DNA of 64,000 nucleotides from Octopus vulgaris (lineage: Eukaryota). The stretch is taken from positions 34,472,001 to 34,536,000 of the forward strand of contig OX597823.1 of the NCBI GenBank assembly GCA_951406725.2. Direction: 5' to 3'. The translations under genes were made by a program, and so were the position numbers. Within the stretch, counting starts at the first letter, position 1; every line of letters begins with the position of its first letter. The notes under the pieces were generated by a model that made no database searches, had not been told where the DNA came from, and saw nothing but the letters and a program-made list of their open reading frames with translations. Shown one piece after another: positions 14,601 to 26,828 of this stretch.

Positions 14601-17600
14601 ATTGCTGTGTCCTTTATGCAGATACATTAATTCTTTGTCAGTTCTCTCCTTGGATCCTTATACATAACACATACACACTGTGTGTATATCTATCTATATA
14701 TCTGTCATATATATATATATATATATATATATATGACAGATACATAGATAGACATATAAATAAAATGATTGTTGTGTTTGTTCACTTGGAGTACATAGGC
14801 CCAAAATAATAGGACATTTTTTAGAATTAGCTCTACCAGCCAAGTTATGGGGTTTTATGTAATTGTTGGTTTCTTAAAGTCTCTTCTAGTGTCGTTATCA
14901 TCATCATCCTCTCTTCATTCTGGATGGAAGGTTATTGGTATCTCATCTCTTGTTTAAGGTCAGCAGCCAAACTAGTGGAAGGATCATTAAAACATCAATA
15001 ATATAGTGAGGTATATTCATTAAATATTCTTTACAATTTAGGTGACGGTGTCTGCATATATTATATCATTAATGGTTGTCTTTTGTTTCAATACATCATC
15101 ATCAGTTAGCACCTGTTGTCCATGCTGGCATGGGTTGGATGGTTTGAACAGGTTGGCAAGCTGGAAGTCTGCACCAGACTCCAGTCTGATTTGGCATGGT
15201 TTGTATGGCTGGATGCCCTTCCTAATGCCTAAAACTCTGAGAGTGTAAAGGGTGCTTTTACATCCCATTGGCACATGCGCCATTTACGTGACACTAGTAT
15301 CTGCCACAAATGCAATTTTACTTGGCTTAATGGATCTTCTCAAACATGACATAATGCCAAAGGTCTCAGTCATTGTTTCCATGAGGCCCAACACTCGAAA
15401 GGTGCTCTTTATGTGACACCAACATCAACCACAACTGTGATTTCACTTGGCTCAATGGGTCTTCTCAAGCACACCATATCGCCAAAAGTCTCGGCCAGTT
15501 GTCATTGCCTCTTTGAGGCCCAAAGATCATGTTTTACCACCTTGTCCCATGTCTTCCTGGGTCTACCTCTACCACAGGTTCCCTCATCAGTTCTTTACAC
15601 ATCTGTCCTTGTCCATATGCATCACATGACCATACCAGCACAGTCGCCTCTGTTGCACACCACATCTGATGCCTCTTATGCCCAACTTTTCTCTCAAGAT
15701 GCTTACACTCTGTCATACATGCACACTGACATTACACATCCAGTGAAGCATACTGGCTTCATTTCTCTGAAGCCTACACATGTCCTTGGCTGTCACAGCC
15801 CATGTTTCACTGCCATGTAGCATAGTTGTTCGCGCACAGGCATCATACAATCTGCCTTTCACTCTGAGAGAGAGAGGCCCTTTGTTGCCAGCAGAAGTAG
15901 AAGCTCTCTGAACTTTGCCCAGCCTAATCTTATTCTCACTGTTATGCTCTTGGAGCATCCACCTCCGCTACTAACTTGGTCACCAAGATAATGGAAGCTA
16001 TCTACTACCTCTAGCTTACACACCCAGCAGTTGACAGGGTCTATTTTCTGTACATTTTTAGTGTTAATTGTACCTGTGGACCTTCTACAAACTATTTTCT
16101 CTGTCAACCTTCCTCTGATATTGCTGCACCTCTTTATGTGTTCATAGTTTACACCAGGTCCATCTTATGGCTTTTCTACAGATCAAGCAGGGCCATCTAC
16201 CTGAAGGGATTTGTGATTTGTCTGCCTTCCTACTTACTAAGACTTTGGTTTTTGCTAGGCTAGCTAACTCTAAGGCCTTTCAATTTTAGACCTTGCTTCC
16301 ATACCTAGTTCTGTTCTGGTCGTGATTCAGCTATAAGAACAAGGTCATCAGCATAGAGGAGCTCACAGGGGGCAGTCTGTTTTAAATTCCTCTGTTAGTG
16401 CCTGGAGGACTATGATGAACAACGCATCTTGAGAAATGGATGAATGCTACAGACTCTCTCTCTCTTTCTAATCTCACTTTTATTAATCTGGGTGTTCTTT
16501 TCTTTTAGGTGTGGCCACTGTAAGCGTCTGGCTCCCGAATATGAAAAAGCTGCTCAGAAACTTGCTGTTAATGATCCCCCAATACCTCTGGCAAAAATCG
16601 ATGCTACTATTGCAACAACCTCAGCAATGAAGTATGAAGTCTCTGGTTACCCAACTCTGAAGATTTTTCGTGCAGGCAAACAATTTGAATACAAAGGACC
16701 AAGAGAAGACTATGGTAAAGTAGAATTGATGATAATGCAATAAAGAGGAAGGTGGAAGAAGTTGCAATGTCCATTACATATGTTACAGATGCTCTATTTT
16801 ATTGATGCCAGAGGAAGGAAAATGAAAATTGATTGTAGCTGGCTTTTAACCCCATATTTAGAAGGCAAAAACTAAAGCCATTAGTTCTTTTATATTCCCT
16901 CAGTTCTATGAATATTAACCAACTTGGGTTGTGCAAACTTTTCTGATTCCTTCTTTTTGTCTGAAGGATTATTATTCTATGATTCAATTTTGATTCTATT
17001 CACCATTAATTTCCTCACCCCCAACCTTCCCATCCTCATTGTTTCCTGTCATTAAAGGACAAGTTTACTTGATATGGAAGAACTCAATACTTTGTTGTCA
17101 GTGAAAGCAGTAATATCTCTGGCTCATTGACTTGACATCAGAACTTACTTAGGTGAGAGTTGTAGAGGACAATGGAAATATAATTTTGGCCTGAAGAATA
17201 TGGAATGTTCTGATAACTACAGCCTATGGTTGTTTGGATTGTTAGGTTCTGATCTATTTCTATAAGCAGGAATCATCATCATCATCATCATTGAAATAGG
17301 TGGGTGGTAAAGAATGTTGGGCAGTGAAGAAACCAACTAGAGGAGTTGGGTAGGATGTGAAGATATATTCAATATTAAAGTATGAGAAAGGGTGAGCGCA
17401 TAAGTTGAGCAAACAAGACTTATGCTTCTGTACAGAAAAAGTTATAACCTTGCAGCTGTGGTTAAACAGTGAGTGTAAAGTGCTGAGAGTTATTATAAAA
17501 TGCGAACATGGCTTCAGCTGGTAACCAGAACTAATATTAAAAATTATGCATTTTTAAACACCTTAACCATCTTTTAGATAATGAAGGTGCATGGCCAAGT

Positions 17601-20600
17601 GATTGAGTGTTGGTCTCATAATCAGAGGGTAGCAGGTGTGACTTTTGTACTGGGTGGCATGTTGCATCCTTAAGCAAGGTGCTTCATTCCACATTGCTTT
17701 CAGTTTTTTCAGCTGTAAATGAAAGTTATGCATGACAGCATGGAAAACAGACGTTTAACAATGATGATGATGATGATATTTCCATCATCATTATAACATT
17801 CTCTTTTCCATGCTTGCATTGGTTGGGTGGAGTTTATTGAAGCAGATTTTCTATGGCTGGATGCCTTTCCTGTCACCAACCCTCACCTGTTTGCAAGCAG
17901 GATAATATTTCCCCTCCATGGCCAGACATGTTCTTGCTGAACATTGGGAATGACTGGCATTGCTTGTATGACAGTGATGGCAATTTTACAGCGAATGTAT
18001 GATGTCAAGATAATGTGATACACACACACTTATATATGTATATAATATATATGTCATCATCATTGAACATTCATTTTCCATGCTGGCATGGGTTTGACTG
18101 GAGACAATATGGCCAGGGGCTGCACCAGGCTCCATTGTCTGTTCAGGCATGGTTTCTACACCTGGATGCCCTTCTGATGCCAGCCATTCCACAAAGTATA
18201 CCGAGTGGTTTTTATGTGGCACCAGCACTGGTATCAATTTTGCTGTGGTGGATAGGTCTTCATGAGTACAACCATGAACTAGATGTCCTGTGTCTTCTTG
18301 GGTCTCTTTCTTCCACAAGTTCCATCCACTTGAAGTGATTAGCACTCATTGAATTCAGTCAAACCATGTATGTTAAATTATGTCTTTTTGACTATTCTTT
18401 CTCATATATATGTATATATATATATGGCAACTTTAACTATAAACTGCTGCTAATTATCATTAAAACAAATTTCATTTGTAAACATCAGTTTTGTTTTTGT
18501 TGATGTGCAGGTATTGTTAACTACATGATTTCCCAACAAGGTGGTGCTTCTAAACTTCAGGCTTCTGCCAAGGAACTCCAGAAATATATGAAAGAAGATG
18601 ATATTACCATTGTTGGCTTTTTTAACAGTTTAGATGCACCTTTGATGTCTTCTTATTTAGATGCAGGTGAGATACAATTTACCTGGTTTTTCTTGGTTAA
18701 TTAGGGTATTTGTCGTGACTTTTTAAGGCCTACATCTCCTTAATTTCTTCTGATTAGTTTTTTAATTAATAACTCATTATTAACTCTCATTAGGAAAGCA
18801 TTTCAGTTATTTATTTTATGTTGTTGACTTAAATTTTCAGGTTTATTAAGTTTGCTTTTGTTAGTTGTTGTCCAGAAATTACTTGACCATTGAGAATATT
18901 TTCCAGTTCCAGAAGATGGCTGGTTTCTTTCTGTCCATTTTGGAACAGAAAAATTTCTAGGAGGACACTGAAAAAATTTCTAGGAGGACCTGTTATGGAC
19001 TAGGGTTAGCATTTTCTTATGTGAGCATCATTCAAAAGCATGAAACAAAGCCTCCTTCTCTATTCTTTAACAACAAACAGCTTATACTCTCTCTCATTTC
19101 CAGAACTAACAACCTCTGATATACTTTCATGGAAAATCTACATGACCAAGACAGCTTTTAAAAGGCTGACTTTCTTTTTCAAATCCAGAAAATATTAAAA
19201 TTCTGAGTCACTGCTGATGTTATACAAAACTTTAATAGCTCTTATTCTAGAATATGGCTCTCAAAATATGTAGTGCAGTTGATGTGCATACAGTTGCACA
19301 TATTGTATCAAATAAAAAAAAACATATGCCTGCATGCACACACACACACTCATTAAGCTTCTATTAGTTTTTATCCAGCAAACCCACTCACAAGTCTTTG
19401 GTCAACCTGGAGCTATAGTAGAAGACACTTGCTCAAGTTGCTGAGCAGTGTTTTGGGAAGTAAGTTAATTAAAACTAAATATTAATTACATCAACAGTTG
19501 TCACTTATCCTTCATCTAAAAGGTGATGGTCTTTTTGTCATATTTACTAATAAAGTAAAGGTTATGCAATATTTTCCTGCAGTTGTCACTGGACCATTTT
19601 AGTTATTTTTGTTTAAATATTCTATAAATATGATGTCTGTTTAATATTCAACATCTGTTGAAATATGTACGCCACCAGTAGAAATGTGGAATACATGGCG
19701 TCTTTGGGAATATACAACTATTGAAGTATATTATATTTTATTTATTTCAGCAAATGAAGTCCGAGACGACTATAAGTTTGCTCATGTCCTCGATAAAGAT
19801 GTCACCAAATCTTATGATCTGGTTGCAAACTCTATAGTTGTTTTTGTCCCAGAAAGATTCCAGACAGAATATGAACCAAAGAAACATGTTCTAAATAAGG
19901 TATGTTTTTTTTTCTTTCCTTTTCTTTTATTTTTTTGCTGGCTCAGACCATTTAGCTGCAAATAGTTGTCAAAGAAACATGGGTAAAAAGTGTTTCATTA
20001 AGTCACAGTTGTGGATCAACACTTGTTAGATAGCAAATTCTACATTCTGGTTTCAATATCAGGTTGCAGCTATTTTACATACTCGTGCATTGGGAGAGGT
20101 ATGAACAAGACAACTCCATGTCTTTCCTCAAACAAACCCTCGAAATATTACATTTCATGTCAACCTCAGAAAAAACAGCAACAGGAAAACGCGCATTATT
20201 TTATCCTTTCTCCCCATTAACAAGGTTACAGCTCAAATTATGACCAAACAAAGGAGTCTCTACATGGTTGCTCCACCTTCTAGAAATAGCAGCCGAATCT
20301 CTCTCAAACACATTCTACTGTCTACCAAAATGCACAATATATATTGTGCATTACTCAAGCTCAGTCTTTCACCATTATTTCTCTAAATATATCTGCTTCC
20401 TCTAACACTCCTCAAGCTTCTCTAACCATCGATAACTCTTTAATCATATCTCTTTCAATATCTAAAAGATATCTCCCACATCTCTCCTTTCATCTCCACT
20501 GCAGAAACCGAAACCTTCAAAATCTTCTACTCTCCCCTTCTCACATACAGACACTGCCAATGCCTTTCACTTATTTCTCCTCTCCAAACTCAGCCTCTGC

Positions 20601-21377
20601 CTAACTGTCACCACCTCTGCATCTGATATTTGACCTCTGCCTTCTTGTGACTGCACATCACATGTTTTCATTTACTATATAATATCTCATGAACTCTATG
20701 ACACCTCAGGTCAGTGGACTGGTTAGAGCTTTACCGATTATCTCTGTCAGCTCATGTACTTCTAAAACATCAAAAGCAGCCAGACTGCTGGATCCCATAT
20801 TCAACTGAAACTCAGAACTTTAAATCTTAATGATTTACTGACAGCTGTCCTACAAAGAACATGATCTGCAATACTTGGAGGAAATCCTTTACCTCTACAG
20901 ACTGAATGCTTTTTACTTAACCCTTCATCTCCTTCAAGACCATTATCACACAGTTTCTCAGTTCTTCAATTTTCTAAACTGTAGCCAACCCTTTCAGTCT
21001 GTTGCCAAAAGCAATTTAGTAGAATCCTCCTTTCTTCAGCTTCTTTACACGATGTTTCTACAAGCAGGACTTCTGTGAAGAAATCCTTCCCATTTACTTC
21101 CTACTCTCTAACCTAATTCCATGTTGCACGTAGACTTGGTATGTGTCCTTCTAAACTGTCTCTTTCCACTCCACCAGTCTCTCACTGTTACTTATATGAC
21201 AAATGTGAACATATAGGTGCAGGATTGGCTGTGTGGTAAGTAGCTTGCTTATCAGCCACATGGTTCCGGGTTTAGTCCCACTGCATGGCACCTTGGGCAA
21301 GTGGTTTCTACTATAACCTCTGGCCAACCAAAGCCTTGTGAGTGGATTTGGTAGACAGAAACTGAAAGAAGCCTGTC

Positions 21378-21423
<46 letters not shown>

Positions 21424-24400
21424 TTGTCCCTCCAACATCGCTTGACAATCGATACTGGTGTGTTCATGTCCCCGTAACTTAGTGGTTCGGCAAAGAGACC
21501 AATAGAATTAGTGCTAGGCTTACAAAGAATAAGTCCTGGAGTTGATTTGCTTGACTAAAGGCAGTGCTCCAGCATGGCCACAGTCAAATGACTGAAACAA
21601 GTAAAAGAATACTTCCAGCCACTTAAACAAACCTGGACACCAATGTTAACAGTGATCCCTGAATTTATTTACTAATAATTTATTTTCTCTGTCATTGTTT
21701 CTGATCATTCATATTGCTTTTTTTTTTTACAGGATGATGCACAGAGGTCAGATATTTTGAGTTTCATTGAGAAAAACCAGTTCCCTCTTGTTGGCCATTA
21801 CAACTTCAACAATGAGAAGAAGTACAATACAAAATATCCACTTTGTCTTGTGTTCTACACTGTAGACTGGAGTTTTGACTATAGAAAAGGTGAGACGGGC
21901 CCACTTTAACCTGTCCTTTAACTGTGGTAGTCATTGTATTTCAGTGAGACAAGCATAAAGCATACATGTGTGTGTGTGCATGCATATATACATACACATA
22001 CATAAAAATATATTTACCACTCCTAACATTTGACTTCATACCTGACCCCATTCTGGCTTGAAAATCCTTATTAATGATTCTAAAATACCAAGATCACAGA
22101 GACAACTAGGAGCTTATCTCTTAATATATGTTGAACTTTTAGGGTAAAAGAAAAGAAAAACATTGATTTTGTGAATGAAACAAATTTATAAACTAAAAGA
22201 GTATTTGGTTGAAAAACGCAAAACCTATTGTAATAACAACAGAAATAACTATATGAAAACACATGAAGGCCATCAGAACTCTATTAATACATGTTTATAA
22301 AACTTATCACTTAAACACTAGAGAACTGTACCTCCCAAAAGTACCTCTTTATGGATAGCTGTACCTCCCAGTGGTAACTATCTACTTTTTTGGCACCTAC
22401 TTACAAGTGAGAGTCATGTGTCTCTTGAAAGACTCAGTACAGTACCTGTAAGCTAATACTTTAATAATTTACCTGTAAGAATACCTGTAAAAACACCTGT
22501 AAGCATGCTTTGAACAAACCTGTAAACTAATTCTTTAATAACTACTAAATCAGTTGAGCTAAAGTTTTCCAATTTTTCTCTTTTTACTTCATGGAAGTTT
22601 CCAGAACTGGTTGATATTGCTGCAAAAAATCTAAATCAAATTTTTAAAGATAAGAATCCTGCTACTAATGCTAATGAGATTTTTTCTTTTCTTTTCTTCT
22701 CTCTAAAGCAACCCAGATCTGGCGGAAGAAGATTGCCAAAATTGCCCGAAACTACAAAAGCATCACTTTTGCTGTTGCCAATGAAGATGACCATTCTAAT
22801 TTAATGAAAGATTTTGGATTTGAAGATTCTGGTGAAGATATGAACATTGGAATAATGACAGAAGAAAAACGTTATGCCATGGAACCAATGGACGAATTTG
22901 AATCGTCTCATATTGAATCATTTTTAGATGACTTTGTTAGCGGTTAGTGTCTGCACATTTTTGTTAAAGTTCAAGACTTAAATTAATTTCATTAATTTTT
23001 TATCTGTTAGTTAACTTCTCCATATCTGGCATAAATTCACCCACCACTTAGTTGATTGGGATTCTTCCCTCTTTCCTATTCTTTTCTTGTCTTGCAAGTT
23101 ACTGGATGACCTTGCTGGCACTGGTAGCATGAAAATAAGTGCCAAGTCCACACTAAAGTGGTTGGCATTAGGAAGGAGTCCAGCTGTAGAAACCACAGCA
23201 AAGCTGACATTGTGGCTCAAGGCAACCTTACAAATCCTGCCAAATCGTCCAGCATAGAAAATGGATGTTACATAATGATGATGATGATGATTGTCTTCTT
23301 TTGTAACTACTTTGAGAAAGATTTTCATCTTCTTCACGACTATTCTTGGTAGACTTACTACTCTCCCTACCTTTGTATCCTTAATTGTGCTTTAAGCTGC
23401 TTAGCTGTCAATTTCATTAGTCATTAGTTGATCCTTCTGTTGGGTCCTTTTACACTTATCCTTTTCTCATTCAGTAATCTCACTTTGTAACATTTGCAAG
23501 TCTTTTCATAGCATCAGCGAGTGGAAAGAAGCATTCCACTATCAGAATGCATTAAGGTTGAAATTCTCTTAATATATGCACAAATAACTGTATGGTGGTG
23601 ATGATGATGATTAACTATTAATTTATTAGAACATAATGGGTAAACTAGTGCAGAAGGCCAGTTATTGACCCGGGTCTACAGGAATTAAACTTACCTAATA
23701 AGGAAGGTAGAAAGTTTAGTAAAAGAAGTTGGCGTAAGTTGTACAGGTTGAAATATGTAACATGTCGTATAGACAAATAATAATGCTGAGCGATGTTGGC
23801 TATATTTTACACATGTCCAGATTATTTCATTCAGTTGTTGGTGGTGTTGCCAGCAAGCATCTGGAAATATGACCTTTTTCTTAAATTTGATGTCTTAAGT
23901 TTATTCTGTGAATTAATAGGTTAGGAAGGGCATCCAGCTGTAGAAACATTGTCAGATCGGATTGGAGCCTAGTGCAGCCTTCTGGCTCGCCAGCCTTCAG
24001 TCGAACCATCCAACCCATGCCAGCAAGGAAAGTGGACGTTAAACGACGATATACATGGAACAATGGTCTCATGACTCACATGGAACGTTTGATAGTTTTA
24101 TTTCAGCAGAGTACTCTTTCTCTCTATAAAAATCAACTGAATATCCTTATGTTTGTCTGTTACTATTTGTATATATTTATAAAAACACAACCTAAAATAT
24201 AGCATGCATAAATTTTGATTTCCATTGTAATTTTTTCTAAATTTGTTTATATTCCTGTAGGTAATCTGAAACCACACATCAAATCACAACCAATTCCCAA
24301 GAAAGACAAAGGTCCAGTAGTTACAGTTGTGGCCAACAACTTTGATTCTGTGGTTCTTGACAAGTCGAAAGATGTCCTTATTGAATTTTATGCCCCATGG

Positions 24401-24673
24401 TGTGGTCATTGTCAGAAATTGGAACCAATATACAAAAAACTTGCCAAATCACTGCAGAAAAATCAAAATCTTGTCATTGCCAAGATGGATGCAACAGCTA
24501 ATGATGTGCCTTCTAATTTCAAAACAGAAGGTTTTCCAACTATTTATTTTGCTCCCACCAATAATAAGGAGAACCCTGTAAAATTTACTGGCGGCAGAGA
24601 GTTGAAAGATTTTGTTAAATTCCTTGAAGAACATAGCACCGTCTCACTAAACACTAAACATATTGAATTGTAA
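5480..24673 (+). CDS. PDIA4: Protein disulfide-isomerase A4 (ERp72), full gene span, 11 exons: 5480-5600, 7994-8099, 8647-8769, 11341-11423, 12930-13068, 16509-16714, 18511-18666, 19751-19899, 21733-21889, 22709-22942, 24261-24673
   Basis: All introns GT-AG with compatible phases; the exons sum to 1887 nt = 628 aa + stop. Signal peptide, acidic N-terminal stretch, three [10 protein letters not shown] thioredoxin domains (a0-a-b-b'-a'), WKPPPEAV linker and VDWSFDY motif typical of ERp72, ER-retention-like HIEL end. Confidence 0.96.
7994..8099 (+). CDS. PDIA4: PDIA4 exon 2 (thioredoxin a0, N-half)
   Basis: Acceptor ctgtag|; [36 protein letters not shown]; donor TG|gtaaga. Confidence 0.95.
8647..8769 (+). 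CDS. PDIA4: PDIA4 exon 3 (a0 active site)
   Basis: cttcag|; [41 protein letters not shown]; donor AG|gtattt. Confidence 0.95.
9177..10117. mobile_element. Non-autonomous TIR element (MITE-like) in PDIA4 intron 3
   Basis: ggatctttttggtttggctgccagcat at 9177 is inverted as atgctggcagccaaaccgataagatccc ending 10117; TA on both flanks; internal ~33-bp direct repeat (9421-9455/9545-9577). Confidence 0.72.
10957..11183 (+). mobile_element. tRNA-derived SINE (family B) with 20-bp target-site duplication
   Basis: Head ggtggtgagctggcagaaacgttagc...gagttcaaattcc (B-box-like); TSD aatatcaatgttgtttagtt at 10937-10956 and 11184-11203; many homologous copies in the window. Confidence 0.88.
11341..11423 (+). 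CDS. PDIA4: PDIA4 exon 4
   Basis: tttgtcag|; [28 protein letters not shown]; donor G|gtatgt. Confidence 0.95.
11900..12520. mobile_element. Nested SINE cluster (family A pieces on - strand plus family C/RTE-tail-like piece ending in GAT repeats)
   Basis: Reverse complements of family A segments (11905-12070, 12370-12520) flank a 12110-12360 segment homologous to 50890-51080 and 23920-24050. Confidence 0.7.
12930..13068 (+). CDS. PDIA4: PDIA4 exon 5 (linker + thioredoxin a N-half)
   Basis: aaacag|; [46 protein letters not shown]; donor TG|gtatag. Confidence 0.95.
13586..13938. mobile_element. Tc1/mariner-type MITE with 40-bp TIRs and TA TSD in PDIA4 intron 5
   Basis: TA|cagcaataagaaaatggaggggatcaagaggtggtattca ... 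tgaataccacctcttgatcttatccattttcttattgctg|TA; arms match 37/40. Confidence 0.85.
15093..16430 (-). mobile_element. 5'-truncated RTE-clade LINE fragment (RT C-terminal part + 3' UTR with GAT tail)
   Basis: Minus strand reads [10 protein letters not shown] (~16335-16365), [33 protein letters not shown] and [16 protein letters not shown]; frameshifted. Confidence 0.88.
16509..16714 (+). CDS. PDIA4: PDIA4 exon 6 (a active site)
   Basis: ttttag|; [18 protein letters not shown]...[28 protein letters not shown]; donor G|gtaaag. Confidence 0.95.
18511..18666 (+). CDS. PDIA4: PDIA4 exon 7 (b domain)
   Basis: gtgcag|; [51 protein letters not shown]; donor G|gtgaga. Confidence 0.93.
19751..19899 (+). 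CDS. PDIA4: PDIA4 exon 8
   Basis: tttcag|; [16 protein letters not shown]...[20 protein letters not shown]; donor |gtatgt. Confidence 0.93.
21218..21610 (+). mobile_element. tRNA-derived SINE (family A) with internal (TA)n(TG)n
   Basis: ggctgtgtggtaag...ggttccgggtttagtccc head, central microsatellite, 3' part ending gactgaaacaagtaaaaga; homologous to 56880-57312 and 31230-31485. Confidence 0.85.
21733..21889 (+). CDS. PDIA4: PDIA4 exon 9
   Basis: ttacag|; [52 protein letters not shown]; donor G|gtgaga. Confidence 0.93.
22709..22942 (+). CDS. PDIA4: PDIA4 exon 10 (b' domain)
   Basis: ctaaag|; [28 protein letters not shown]...[14 protein letters not shown]...[11 protein letters not shown]...FLDDFVSG; donor G|gttagt. 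Confidence 0.93.
24261..24673 (+). CDS. PDIA4: PDIA4 exon 11 (a' domain, HIEL, stop)
   Basis: ctgtag|; [19 protein letters not shown]...[15 protein letters not shown]...KHIEL*; TAA 24671-24673. Confidence 0.96.
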
Positions 24674-24748
24674 AATCGAAAAAAGAAATTTCAAAACTCT
24701 TCCTAATTTTTATTATGATTATTATTATTATTATTAATATTATTATTA

Positions 24749-24960
24749 AGGCAGCAAGTTGGCAGAATTATTAGCACTTTGGGCAAAATGCTTAGTGGTA
24801 TTTCATCTATCTTTATGTTCTGAGTTCAAATTCTGCTGAGGTCAACTTTACCTTTCATCCTTTCAGGGTCGATAAATTAAGCACCAGTTGCATGCTGGGG
24901 TCGATCTAACTGACTGGCCCCTCTCCCCAAATTTCAGGCCTTGTGCCTTGAGTAGAAAGG
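24749..24960 (+). mobile_element. SINE family B copy within the presumed PDIA4 3' UTR, flanked by (ATT)n
   Basis: ggcagcaagttggcagaattattagcac...gagttcaaattctgctgaggtcaac...; lies between the stop codon and the candidate AATAAA. Confidence 0.78.
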
Positions 24961-25155
24961 ATTATTATTATTATTATTATTATTTTGATAAAGATCTTGT
25001 GATTGTTGTGTGTCTCAACAAATGTCTTAAAACTACAATTTTGTATTCTTCCATTTGCGAATTCATTCAACTTGAAGAATATTTTGAGTAAAAATTTTTC
25101 GCTTTTGCTTTCCTCTCAAAAACATTTTCATCTGTAATATTTTTTTTTATAAAAA

Positions 25156-25161
25156 AATAAA
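25156..25161 (+). terminator. Candidate polyadenylation signal of PDIA4
   Basis: AATAAA about 480 nt after the stop, followed by T/GT-rich sequence; position only, no transcript evidence. Confidence 0.4.
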
Positions 25162-26106
25162 AAGTTCAATTCTAATGAATAATTCATTCCTGGATGCCAG
25201 ACCATTCTTGATTTGTCTTTTGGGTTCATTTCCCTGCATTACCATTCATGTTCTTGCATGTATGATACATTTATCTACTGAGTAGGTTCATTGCCTTCTG
25301 TAATATTCCACTTCAAGCAACTACTGACAAATCTAGTATCAGTTGTAGTATTAGTAGTAGTAGTAGTAACAATAGGAGTTTTAGTTGTAACACTCACAAC
25401 TAAAACTACAAATGTGCTCACTTCAGATTCCTGGTAACCTCCTCCAAAATCCAACTGCTTCGTTGATCTCTTGACAAAAGATGTTGTATGCCTCTCATGG
25501 CATATCATAAACTTTAGTTTTTTTTTTTTGTTGCTTTTGGTTTATATTTGCCCACGGTAAAAGTAACTGGTTTGTTCTCTCTCGTGGAATTTTCATTATG
25601 AAAAATTTAATCGATGCTGATTGATCCTGATAGGTTTTTAGGTTAATCAAATTACTTCAGTTATAGTTACTGTTTAAAGGAGCTTATTGTTATTTCTCAG
25701 CTCCATGCACAGACCATAGAGTTAAGTGAGGTGGTGGGGGACTAAACAGTCATAGTATTAAATGTTGGGTAAGGGGGGTATCAACTAGTGTGAGGTGGGT
25801 GATGCACTAATGCTAGGTAACAAAGGTGGTGGCAGGGGTGGGTGTTAGCATGACTGCTGTGTCAGATATGAGGCTGTGTTAAACCACCATTGCAGCATTA
25901 GGTGACAAAGAGGGACCAAATGATGGCAATGTTAGCTATAATAAAGTTTATGTATAAAATGCAATGAAATATCATAATTATTACTTTTGTATGGGGTCCA
26001 AAACTTATGTAAATAAAAATCTTTTTGACAACATATTCTGTTGTTTTTTTTGTCATTGTTGTATCATCTGTTGTTACTATGTACCTCATTGGTTTTTATA
26101 AATAAG

Positions 26107-26480
26107 GGATGGCTGTGGGCTTAAGAAGTTTGCTTCCCAATCATGTGGTTTCAGGTTCAGTTCCACTCTATGGCACTTTGGGTAAATTAACTTCTGCTAT
26201 ATTTCAGAACCAACTGAAGTGCATTGTGAGTGCATTTGGTTGAAGGAAACTGAAAGAAGCCTCTGTGTGTGTGTATATATTCTTTTATTTGTTTCAGTCA
26301 TTTGATTGTGGTCATGCTGGAGCACTGCCTTAGTTGAACAAATTGACTCCAGGACTTATTCTTTGTAAGCCTAGTACTTATTCTATCAGCCCCTATTGCT
26401 GAACTGCTAAGTTACGGGGGACCTAAACACATCAGCATCGGTTGTCAAGCGATGTTGGTAGGATAAACGCAGACACACCA
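26107..26480. mobile_element. Two SINE family A halves in opposite orientations
   Basis: 26107-26265 matches the family A head (+); 26283-26480 is the reverse complement of the family A 3' half. Confidence 0.7.
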
Positions 26481-26546
26481 ACATATACACACACATACAT
26501 ACATATGTATATATATATATTGGAAGGTTTGGAGATGATGTACAGG

Positions 26547-26818
26547 TATTATATATTAGAAAAAATGAGGTAATCAGATCGGATGGTTCATATTTATAGA
26601 TATTTATTTATATATTACATTTTTTACATATATATCTATCATATCATTCGGATTATTAGCGCTTTCTCCCAATCCAGTGGGGTTTTCAAAAACCCCACTG
26701 GATTGGGAGAAAGCGCTAATAATCCGAATGATATGATAGATATATATGTAAAAAATGTAATATATAAATAAATATCTATAAATATGAACCATCCGATCTG
26801 ATTACCTCATTTTTTCTA

Positions 26819-26828
<10 letters not shown>
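26547..26828. repeat. Near-perfect 282-bp palindrome (140-bp arms, 2-nt CA spacer)
   Basis: Symmetry axis 26687/26688 (ggggtttt-ca-aaaacccc); mirror ORFs 26583-26771(+) and 26604-26792(-) translate identically except one residue. Confidence 0.97.

Noticed and set aside
25275-25508. Minus-strand ORF with a Thr run as a possible downstream HHIPL exon
   Set aside because: No polypyrimidine acceptor, the Thr run comes from a (TAG)n microsatellite, and there is no SRCR/EGF similarity.
26583-26792. Two mirror-image 62-aa ORFs
   Set aside because: By-product of the palindrome; low-complexity Y/I content and no family motif.
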